Of a DNA stretch of 64,000 bases, positions 1 to 10,600 are shown piece after piece (the stretch's first letter is position 1; each line of letters opens with the position of its first letter). The notes below the pieces were generated by a model. It saw nothing but the letters and a program-made list of their open reading frames with translations, did no database searches and was not told the origin of the DNA. This DNA is from a virus: the IMG/VR virus record IMGVR_UViG_3300044733_004754; one strand, 5' to 3'. The position numbers and the translations under genes were made by a program.

Positions 1-1128
1 ACTGGTAATACATCTCTCTCTAATAGTTTAATCGTAACTGGTAATACGACCTTATCAAATACACTGGCTGTAACTGGTAACGTCGTTCTATCGAACACAT
101 TAGCTGTAACTGGTAATGTGACGTTTTCTAATACGTTAGCGGTTACAGGTAATACCACTTTTTCAAACACTATTAATATTGCCGGTATCACAACCTTACG
201 TAGCGCTGCCAATGTAGTTGGAGCAGCTGCAGCCTTCAATGCATTGACGGGTGTTGCAAACACGACGGAGTTCATCACCACAACGGCAGCACATGGCTTT
301 AGTAATGGTGATCTGGTTCAGTACATTGTATCGACTGGTAATACAGCTGTAACAGGTCTTGCAAATGGAACAAGTTACTACGTGGTTGAGGCGAATTCAA
401 CTGCATTCAAGTTATCCTCGTCGTATGGTGGATCAGTCATAAATCTAACCGCCAGTGTTAGTGAAGTTGGACATACTCTTACACCCCAACGAATTGTTCT
501 ATCAACGAATGGTAATATTGATAGTTCGTTAGGATTAGCTAACGTTGGCTCTTTACGTGTATTAGGGACCGCTGTTGTAAACGGTGCAGTAACGCTAGCT
601 AGTACGTTAGGTGTTACTGGAGCAGCAACATTTTCAAACACAATATCCGTAACAGGTAATGCGACCCTGTCAAACACGCTTGCTGTTACTGGTGCAACGA
701 CACTATCAAATACACTTGTTGTTTCGGGTAACGCAACATTTGACACAGATTTGCTTTTCATTGATGCAGTAAACAACAGAATTGGATTCAAGAACACATC
801 ACCAAGCTCAACCGATCTAATAACTATATCAGGTAATACTGTACTTACTGGTTTAAGTGCAGCTATTCGTTTCCTATCGTCAAACGCAACACATAATGCG
901 TCTATTACAATAGCCGGTAACACAACAAATACACGTACGACGTTTACTACATACGAAGCGAACGCAACAGCAAGTGATGGTGGTTTTATTTTCCAGGCAG
1001 CAAACGGAACAACAACCACATCTGTTCTAGCTTTTAATCAAACTGAGCTAAAGTATAAAACTGGTAATGTTGCACATGCAGGAAATTTTGGGATTTACGA
1101 TGTAAGCGGTACGCGGCTAGGACCATGA
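1..1128 (+). CDS. Tail fibre-like virion protein, 5'-truncated by the window edge
   Basis: Frame +1 is open from base 1. It has 12-aa repeats (TGNxTLSNTLAV) and an HGFxNGDxVxY...GLxxGTxYYV...FKL module common in T4-like tail proteins. The C-terminus is FGIYDVSGTRLGP. Confidence 0.7.
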   Translation, partial: TGNTSLSNSLIVTGNTTLSNTLAVTGNVVLSNTLAVTGNVTFSNTLAVTGNTTFSNTINIAGITTLRSAANVVGAAAAFNALTGVANTTEFITTTAAHGFSNGDLVQYIVSTGNTAVTGLANGTSYYVVEANSTAFKLSSSYGGSVINLTASVSEVGHTLTPQRIVLSTNGNIDSSLGLANVGSLRVLGTAVVNGAVTLASTLGVTGAATFSNTISVTGNATLSNTLAVTGATTLSNTLVVSGNATFDTDLLFIDAVNNRIGFKNTSPSSTDLITISGNTVLTGLSAAIRFLSSNATHNASITIAGNTTNTRTTFTTYEANATASDGGFIFQAANGTTTTSVLAFNQTELKYKTGNVAHAGNFGIYDVSGTRLGP

Positions 1129-1129
1129 A

Positions 1130-4100
1130 ATGGCAAGACCACTTAGAGCAAGATATGTTACAGCAAGTACAAGTGACGGTGTTCAGGAGATGTCGGATAG
1201 CGACATCAATGACCTTGTTATTCCTAGGATAACCAACTTATTTTACGCTGCATCAAATACATCTGGCTACGGTAACAAACTCGAACTAAGAACTACACCA
1301 CCAACTTGGAATTATGTTACTGGTGGGACTGTTCTTGATGTGTTTCCAACAGCTTTACCGCCCATCGGGACACATCCAGTAACTTCTTCGTCAACAACAT
1401 ACACGTTGTACCAAAATCTTGACACTGCATTGACAACAAACTTTGATCTTATAACCAAACCTGTTAAAACAGAGGCAAGTGGTGGTGTTCAAAAGATTCA
1501 ACAGTTTTCAAACAATGAAATCAGAGATGATATTCATAGTAAAGTTATTGCTGAAATATCTGTTGGGGCACAAGGAGCTTACTGGCTTGGAACTTCACCA
1601 CCAGGAACAGGTACGTGGATTGTTGTATCCTCAATAAACGATACTTTTGTTAACTCGACAAGCAATAGCACGCAAACAACCACATATAATTTGTATCAGC
1701 GCTCTACGAATAGTGGGTATGGTACAAAGAGGCCTTTAAAAGGTACAGCGAACGCTCTTACAGAGATGTCCGATGCTGAAATTGACACAATGACAGCGGC
1801 TATACGTGATTGTATTGCGGCTGGTATTGGTAGATATCAAATATCGACTACATCACCAACGCCTGGTACTTGGGTAGCTCGTGGTTCTTTCACAGATACA
1901 CAGAATGGTATAGAGGATCAATCATATTCCGGTAGTTACTTGGGTACTTTTACAGGTGCGTTCAGTGGCATTTATAATCAAGCATTCACAGGAGCTTATC
2001 AGGGACAGTTTAATCGGGCATTTACAGGTAACTTTATTGATACTTCTAAATTTACTGGTGCATTTGCAGGTGTGTATCAGCAAAATTTTACAGGTATCTA
2101 TTCACGTATTTTTACTCGTGATACAAACACCTCGTTTACGGGTGTTTATCAGAACACATATACAGGTAATTACACAGGTTTATTTGCGGGTGCATACTCA
2201 CAGGTATTCTCCGGTGGATATTTGGGAAGTTATCAAGGCTCTACTTTTACTGGCGGCTTCAACCAGACTTTTGCTGGTACGTATGTGGGAACATTTACAG
2301 GACCATATTCAGGAAATTTCCAGGGCGTAACATATTCAGGCGGATTCAATCAAAATTTTACTGGCGTATATGTAGGGGCGTTTTCAAGACCATATGCTGG
2401 GAACTTCCAAGGTATAACATATTCGGGTGGATATAATCAGACTTTTGCCGGTACGTATGTGGGAACATTCACGGGACCATATTCTGGTTCTTATCAGGGT
2501 ACAATATATCCTGGTGGGTATAATCAGACGTTTGCTGGAACATACAATCAAACGTTTACAGCTCAATACTCAGGGGATTTCCAGGGCGTAACATATTCAG
2601 GCGGTTACAATCAGACTTTCATAGGTGTATACGCAGGATCATTTTCAAGACCATATGCTGGGAATTTTCAAGGTATAACATATTCAGGTAGCTACAATCA
2701 AACCTTTGCCGGTACGTATAATCAAAGTTTTACCGGTGGATTTGTAAATAATTATGCCGGGACCTACTCACAGGCGTTCAGTGCCACGTACGCTGGTGGA
2801 TATGTTGGGGACTTTTCAAGAGCATATACAGGTTCATATCAGAACACATATTCAGGGGCATATGCAAATACGTGGTCTCGAATATTTTCAAGAGCGTGGA
2901 CGGGATCCTATACTGCTGCATATACGGGCGATTATACTGGTGCATATACGAAGGCCTTTGCGCGACTTTTCACAGGAACATATACAGGCGCTTGGATTGG
3001 TAACTACACACGTGGCTTTGTAGGCCTATATGGTTCAACATTCTCAAGAGGCTTCTCCTCCTTTTTCGTGGCCGCGTACACTTCAACGTATGCAGGAACT
3101 TATACAGGTAACTACACACGAGCTTTCACACCATCGTTTCAAGGATCGTATGCACTTCCTTCTGTAGGCTCCTACGATGGGGATTACATAGCAGGTGGAT
3201 TTACTGGGCCTTTCAACATCACGTATTATACAGGTACATATCAGGGCACATATAACAGCTTTTTCACGGGTACGTATGAAGGTGCTTTCTCACGTATATT
3301 TGCCGGTAGTTATGCTGGTACATACCAAGACCCCTATACAATAACATCATTTACGGGGCCATTTGCTGGTACAGGTTATTTTACAGGATCGTACGTTGGC
3401 AATTACCAAGGTAATTTTGGCGCTAGTTATCAAACGACATTCCAGGGATTTTATTCGGGTTTATATACGCAGGCCTTTTTGAGAGCGTGGACGAACGTAT
3501 TTGTATCAAGCTGGACATCACTGTATGCTGGTACATACTCAAGAGCATTTACAGGTGAATATCTCCAAAACTACATTGGATCGTATGAAGGAACATTCAG
3601 TAGAGAGTTCTCAGCCCCATATCAGGGATCATATGAGAATAGTTGGTCAAGAATATTTACTGGTGATTGGACGGGGGGTTTTAGTACTAATTACACTGGT
3701 GGGTATGTTAATTTTTGGACAGGGTCTTACACGAGTACATATTCCAGGGTTTTTTCGGGAGCTTATACTGGTGTAATTACATACACGGGTGGGTTTGTTG
3801 GGTTATATGCAAATACGTGGGCAGGCAGTTACACAGGACAATTTACTGGTGGCTATACTAGGGCGTTCACGGGTGACTATACGGCTACTTGGTCAGGATC
3901 CTATACCGGTGCGTACTCACAAAACTTTACCGGTTCGTATACAGGGACCTTTACTGGTGGATATACGGCTACGTGGACCGGTACCTACTCAAGAGTATTC
4001 ACAGGACAGTTTACAGGCGGATATACCGCGGTATTTACTGGTGCTTATACATCAACCTGGACAGGTTCATATGTAGGTTCATACTCACAAAACTTTTCTG

Positions 4101-4678
4101 GTAACTATGTAGGAACATTTACGGGTGCGTATACATCCACTTGGACAGGTTCTTACACCGGATCGTATTCACAAAACTTTACTGGTATATACACAGGCAC
4201 GTTCACAGGGGCATACACGGCTACGTGGACGGGTGTATATTCTGGTGCGTATTCACGAAATTTTACAGGCGCATATACGGGTACATTCAGCGGCAACTAC
4301 ACAGCTACCTTTGCTGGGACGTACACGGGCGGTTATACACGAGCATTTTCTGGTACATACGCTGGTAACTACACGGGCGGGTTTATTGGTCAGTGGACAG
4401 GAGTATACAGCCGTATATTCACTGGTTTATATACCGGCGCGTTCACAGGCGTTTTTATTGGTAACTTTACAGGTAGTTATGTTGGGACATATTCACGTAT
4501 ATTTACGGGTGCATATACTGGTTTGTTCACTGGCTCATATTCTGGAGCATATACGGGTGCTTTCAGTGGTAACTATGCTAATAATTTTACACGATTATTT
4601 ACAGGGGCATACTCGGGTCTAACCGTCACCGGTACAACGACGACGACTACATATACATTATGGGTTAGAACAGCTTGA
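1130..4678 (+). CDS. Giant Gly/aromatic tetrapeptide-repeat protein A (putative hairpin filament, 1182 aa)
   Basis: Three N-terminal RPL...QEMSDxxI modules, then about 900 aa of [YFW]-x-G-x repeats, ending YTLWVRTA. Paralogous to the next gene. Confidence 0.8.
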   Translation: MARPLRARYVTASTSDGVQEMSDSDINDLVIPRITNLFYAASNTSGYGNKLELRTTPPTWNYVTGGTVLDVFPTALPPIGTHPVTSSSTTYTLYQNLDTALTTNFDLITKPVKTEASGGVQKIQQFSNNEIRDDIHSKVIAEISVGAQGAYWLGTSPPGTGTWIVVSSINDTFVNSTSNSTQTTTYNLYQRSTNSGYGTKRPLKGTANALTEMSDAEIDTMTAAIRDCIAAGIGRYQISTTSPTPGTWVARGSFTDTQNGIEDQSYSGSYLGTFTGAFSGIYNQAFTGAYQGQFNRAFTGNFIDTSKFTGAFAGVYQQNFTGIYSRIFTRDTNTSFTGVYQNTYTGNYTGLFAGAYSQVFSGGYLGSYQGSTFTGGFNQTFAGTYVGTFTGPYSGNFQGVTYSGGFNQNFTGVYVGAFSRPYAGNFQGITYSGGYNQTFAGTYVGTFTGPYSGSYQGTIYPGGYNQTFAGTYNQTFTAQYSGDFQGVTYSGGYNQTFIGVYAGSFSRPYAGNFQGITYSGSYNQTFAGTYNQSFTGGFVNNYAGTYSQAFSATYAGGYVGDFSRAYTGSYQNTYSGAYANTWSRIFSRAWTGSYTAAYTGDYTGAYTKAFARLFTGTYTGAWIGNYTRGFVGLYGSTFSRGFSSFFVAAYTSTYAGTYTGNYTRAFTPSFQGSYALPSVGSYDGDYIAGGFTGPFNITYYTGTYQGTYNSFFTGTYEGAFSRIFAGSYAGTYQDPYTITSFTGPFAGTGYFTGSYVGNYQGNFGASYQTTFQGFYSGLYTQAFLRAWTNVFVSSWTSLYAGTYSRAFTGEYLQNYIGSYEGTFSREFSAPYQGSYENSWSRIFTGDWTGGFSTNYTGGYVNFWTGSYTSTYSRVFSGAYTGVITYTGGFVGLYANTWAGSYTGQFTGGYTRAFTGDYTATWSGSYTGAYSQNFTGSYTGTFTGGYTATWTGTYSRVFTGQFTGGYTAVFTGAYTSTWTGSYVGSYSQNFSGNYVGTFTGAYTSTWTGSYTGSYSQNFTGIYTGTFTGAYTATWTGVYSGAYSRNFTGAYTGTFSGNYTATFAGTYTGGYTRAFSGTYAGNYTGGFIGQWTGVYSRIFTGLYTGAFTGVFIGNFTGSYVGTYSRIFTGAYTGLFTGSYSGAYTGAFSGNYANNFTRLFTGAYSGLTVTGTTTTTTYTLWVRTA
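2246..2680 (+). repeat. 5 x 87-bp (29-aa) tandem repeat, outgoing arm of protein A
   Basis: Units like YSGGFNQNFTGVYVGAFSRPYAGNFQGIT start at 2246, 2333, 2420, 2507 and 2594. Confidence 0.8.
3878..4297 (+). repeat. 5 x 84-bp (28-aa) tandem repeat, returning arm of protein A
   Basis: Units like YTSTWTGSYTGSYSQNFTGIYTGTFTGA start at 3878, 3962, 4046, 4130 and 4214. Confidence 0.8.
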
Positions 4679-4684
4679 GAAAAA

Positions 4685-7600
4685 ATGCCACTTCGTCCGT
4701 TATACTATAATACATCGTTATCCGGATTACAGGAGATGTCCAATACGGACATCGATGGATATATTTCAAATGTAATAGGTTCTGATTTTGCTTCGACAGA
4801 AGATATTGGATCTCTCATCGTGCAGGATCCAGGTGATCCGGTTCCTGCAAATTCTACCTCCATTGGTACATGGGTTGATACACGCTACGATCAACAAATA
4901 GGTGACCATCCTGTTTCAGAAGCGAATCTTGTTTATTCAAACACAACCATTTATCAAAGATTGGGTGGTGGACCATTAACGGACCCTTCAATGGTACGAC
5001 CTATTTGCTGGAATGATACGCTTGATGGCGTACAGCAAATGGCGAATACGGATATTGACACAACCATTATTGCGAAGGCCGTTTCTTATATTGTCAATGG
5101 TGGTGTCGGTTCATATGTCCTGCAGCCGTCTGCACCAGTAACTGGTACGTGGGTTGTGAGAGGGCGATTGCAGAATACTGAACGTCCATACTTTGCCAAT
5201 GAAACATTTCTCTGGCAAAAAACGTCTGAAAGTCCAAGCGGCTCTATAAAGCCTTTGAAATGGAGTACTAATGCTTTACGTGAGATGTCAAATAACGACA
5301 TCAAAACCTTGACACATAGAGCAAGAAATTACATCGCCAATACAGGTATAGGCACCTATCAATTATCCACAACCACCCCGTCATCAGGCGGAACGTGGGT
5401 TGAGGCGGGTACGGGATTCAATGATACCCGTCAAGAAATAAGACCTCAAACTTATAATGCTCAAGTGTATACAGCAACTTTTTCTGGTGTATATACACGG
5501 GCTTTTGTTGGCAAGTATCAAGGTAGTTTTACTGGTTTGTATGGGATACCATACACACGTGAATTCACAGGTACATTCGCAGATACGTTTACCGGGGCTT
5601 TCAATCAGCAATTCACCGGAGCTTTTTCTAGCGGATATGCAACAACGTACACGGGTACGTTTAATCAGCAGTTCACTGGACAATTCACTGGCGCTTATAC
5701 TGGTGGTTATACAGGAACATTTACCGGTGCTTACACGGGCGGATATACAGGTGCATTCACTGGTGTATATTCGGCGCCTTATGTGGGTAGCTTCACTGGT
5801 GTATATGTAGGGACGTTTAATCAGCAGTTTACTGGCGCGTTCAGTGGTGTTTATCTAGGGACATATCAACAAAATTTCACTGGTGATTATGTTGGTGGCT
5901 TTACAGGTGCATTCAGCGGTGCTTATGCTCAAGCATTTACGGGTGCATATAGTTCAATCTTTACAGCAGCATATAGCGGTTCGTTTACAGGCCAGTTTTC
6001 GGGTTTATACACAGGCGCTTTCACGGGTGTATATGTAGGAAGTTACGTGGGGAAATTCACAGGCGCATATACGGCTATCTATAGTAGATTGTTTACAGGG
6101 GACTACACAGGTATTTATACTGGTGCATATAGTCAGAACTTCACCGGTGCCTTTACTGGTCAATTCAATCAAGTGTTTACAGGTACGTTCGCTGGTGGTT
6201 ATGCAGGAACGTTTAACCAAGTATTTACGGGCACATTTGCAGGTACTTACAGTAGCCTGTTCTCTGCAATATACACAGGCAACTACACTGGTATATACAG
6301 CCAAGCGTTTACAGGTGCATTCACGGGTATTTTTAATCAGGCTTTCACAGGTAACTTTGTTGGTAATTATGTTGGTAACTATCAGCAAACATTTACGGGA
6401 GCTTTTGCAGGAACATACAGCAGTTTATTCACGGGAAGCTACACAGGTAACTACACAGGATTATATAACCAAGTATTTACAGGAACGTTTGCTGGAACAT
6501 ATAGCCAAGTATTTTCGGGTAGCTATACCGGTAATTACACGGGATTATATAACCAAGTTTTTACAGGTACTTTTGCGGGAACATATAGTAGATTATTCAC
6601 AGGAAGCTATACAGGCAATTACACAGGCATATACAATCAAATATTCACAGGTACCTTCGCAGGCACTTACAGTAGATTATTCACGGGAAGCTATACAGGT
6701 AATTACACTGGCATATACAATCAAGTATTTACAGGTGCGTTTGTAGGAAATTATGCCGGGTCGTTTACTGGTTCGTTTGCTGGTGGATACACAGGTGCTT
6801 TTTCCGGTTCATACACAGGCGCTTACACAGGAATTTATGCAGGTTCATATGTAGGAAATTACCAGGGAAACTTTACTGGTTCATTTGCAGGAACATATAG
6901 TAGATTATTTATAGGTTCGTATTCGGGTGGGTACACACGTGCATTCACAGGAGCTTACACAGGAATTTATTCGGGCGGGTACGTAGGCTCCTTCACGGGT
7001 TTGTACTCCGGTGGGTATGTAGGTTCTTTCACAGGTATTTACTCAGGCGGATACACGAGAGCTTTCTCGGGATCATACACTGGATCATATACTGGAACAT
7101 ACGCCGGAACGTACACAGGTTTGTATTCAGGTGGGTATGTCGGATCGTTTACGGGCATATACTCAGGCGGATACACGAGGGCTTTCTCGGGATCATACAC
7201 TGGATCATATACTGGAACATACGCCGGAACGTATACAGGCATATATGCTGGTGGATATGTGGGGTATTTTACGGGCATATACTCAGGCGGATACACGAGA
7301 GCTTTCTCGGGATCATACACTGGATCATATACTGGAACATACGTAGGAACGTATACAGGCATATATGCTGGTGGGTATGTGGGGTATTTTACTGGAATAT
7401 ACTCTGGTGGGTATACAAGAGCTTTCTCAGGATCATATACTGGATCATATACTGGAACATACGCCGGAACGTATACGGGTTTGTATTCAGGTGGTTATGT
7501 CGGATACTTTACAGGCATATATTCAGGTGGTTATGTTGGATACTTTACAGGAATATATGGTGGCACGTACAGTAGGTTATTCACAGGTGCCTACGCGGGT

Positions 7601-10600
7601 GGATATATTGGGTACTTCACAGGAATATATGGCGGTACGTATAGTAGATTATTCACAGGCGCCTACGCGGGTGGGTATGTTGGTTACTTTACAGGAATAT
7701 ATGGTGGTACATATAGTAGATTATTTACAGGTACATACTCTGGAAGTTATCAAGGCAATTTCACGGGGCTCTATTCAGGTACATATAGTAGATTATTTAC
7801 TGGCAGCTATACAGGATTATATTCCGGAAACTTTCAGGGTAACTTTACAGGTGCTTTTGCTGGTACGTATAGTCGATTGTTTACGGGTTTATATACAGGA
7901 TCATACTCTCGTGGGTTCACGCGGGTCTTCATCGGGACTTATCAAAGAGGGTTCATAGGGTCATATGCAGGTAGCTTCAATAATACATTCACACCAACAT
8001 TTGCTGGAGCTTACGCTCGGGCCTTTATTGGAGTTTATGCAGGATCGTACCAAAACCCATTCACTGGAATATATTTCACTGGTTATTACACTGGTTTTTA
8101 CATTAATTTTTTTACAGGAACTTATCAGGGAGCGTTCACGCGTTTGTTCACAGGGGCATATACAGGCGTTTATCAAGATCCTTACGTCATTTTAACTTTT
8201 ACGGGGCCATTTGCTGGTCCAGGTTTTTTCGCGGGTACCTATGGGGGTTCTTATGTAGGTGTGTTTGGCGCCTCATATAGTAGGCTATTTACAGGCTTTT
8301 ATTCAGGATCATATACTGGTGATTTTACGGGAGCGTTTGCTCGGGTGTTCACAGCAACATGGACAGGGTCCTATGCAGGATCTTATCAAGGCAACTTTAC
8401 AGGAAGTTTTGCGGGTACGTATAGTAGATTGTTTACTGGGCAGTATTCTGGCGCTTATGCAGGATCCTATCAGGGTAACTTCACAGGTACTTTTGCTGGT
8501 ACGTATAGTAGATTATTTACGGGTACGTACTCGGGCAACTACCAAGGCAACTTCTCCGGGATATATGCAGGATCATATGCACAGACGTTTACTGGAATAT
8601 ACTCCGGCAATTACCAAGGCAACTTTTCCGGAACATATGCGGGTGCATATGCACAGACTTTCACAGGAATATATTCCGGCAATTATCAAGGCAACTTCTC
8701 AGGAACATATGCAGGAGCATATGCACAAACATTTACAGGTGCATATGCAGGGGCATATGCTCAAACATTTACAGGTACTTACGCAGGCGGATATACAGGC
8801 TATTATTCTGGCGCCTATGCTGGTACATATTCGGGTGCATTCAATCAAACATTTACAGGTGCATATGCAGGGGCATATGCTCAAACATTTACAGGTACTT
8901 ACGCAGGCGGATATACAGGCTATTATTCTGGGGCATATGCTGGAACGTATTCGGGCTCATTTAACCAGACATTTACGGGTGCATTTGCAGGGGCATATGC
9001 TCAAACATTTACAGGTACTTACGCAGGCGGATATACAGGCTATTATTCTGGCGCTTATGCTGGTACATACTCAGGAGCATTTAACCAGACATTTACAGGT
9101 GCATTCGCCGGTGTATATCAACAAACCTTTACGGGTACGTATTCAGGTGGATATATTGGATACTATTCTGGCGCTTATGCTGGTACATACTCAGGAGCAT
9201 TTAACCAGACATTTACAGGTGCATTCGCTGGTGTATATCAACAAACATTTACCGGTTCTTACTCGGGTACATATCAGCAAACGTTTACAGGTGGGTATGC
9301 AGGGACATATTCAGGGTCTTATAATCAGACATTTACAGGCGCTTTTTTAGGTAGTTATGAAAGTTCTTTCACTGGATTTTATTCAGGTGCCTATAGTAGA
9401 TTATTCACTGGTAGCTACACAGGTGCGTATACTGGAATATATGTGGGTTCCTATGTTGGTACATTTAATCAAACATTTACGGGTAGTTTTGCAGGCACAT
9501 ATTCAAGAGTATTTTCGGGATTATATTCCGGTGGCTACACGGGTGCATTTACTGGAATATATGCCGGTGCTTATGTTGGCAACTTCCAAGGCAATTTCAC
9601 AGGTAACTACTCTGGTGGCTACACAGGTGCATTTACTGGAATATATGCTGGTGCTTATGTTGGCAACTTCCAAGGCAACTTCACAGGAAATTATTCAGGT
9701 GGATATACAGGAACATTTTCGGGAATATATGCTGGTAGTTATGTAGGAGGGTATCAGGGCAACTTCACAGGAAATTATTCAGGCGGATATACCGGCACAT
9801 TTACTGGTGTATATGCAGGCGCTTATGTTGGAAGCTATCAAGGGAATTTCACTGGAAGTTTTATTGGTGGCTACACACGTGTGTTCTCGGGCACATATTC
9901 CGGTGTATATACGGGTGTTTACACAGGTCAATTTACAGGGATATACTCAACGTTATTTACAGGTGCATTCAGTGGGATATACGCAGGCGGATATGGTGGG
10001 AGTTTTCTAGGAAACTTCTCAGGGCTGTATTCGGGCGGATACACAGGAGCGTTTACAGGTATTTACACAGGTATCTACACAGGTGGGTATACTGGCACCT
10101 TTACTGGAGCATACTCAACACAGTTTACAGGTACATTTACAGGTGGATATGCAGGCACGTATGCCGGTGCCTACCAAGGCAACTTCACAGGCGTGTTCCA
10201 AGGTACGTACCAACAATCATTTACAGGTAATTACACCGGCATATACAGCCAAGCATTTAGTGGTACATATAACCAAGCATTCACAAGAAACTTTACTTTT
10301 GATTATACCGGTACGTTTTCGGGACCATATGTAGGATTTTTCACTGGAAGTTATTCACAAGTCTTCAGTAGATTTTTTACAGGATCATATACGGGTCAGT
10401 TCACAGGCGCTTATTCGGGCATATACAGTCAAGCCTTTACAGGTGCGTTCTCTGGCAATTATACAGGTATCTACAGTCAAGCATTCACAGGTGCTTACAC
10501 GGGTATATTCAATCAAACATTCACTGGCGATTTCGTAGGAAAATTTAATCAAACCTTCAGCGGTATTTTCATTGGTTCCTATAATCAACAATTCACTGGT

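Noticed and set aside
6416-9859. DNA inverted repeat as the cause of the mirror symmetry
   Set aside because: The paired blocks are not reverse complements of each other. Only unit length and copy number are mirrored.
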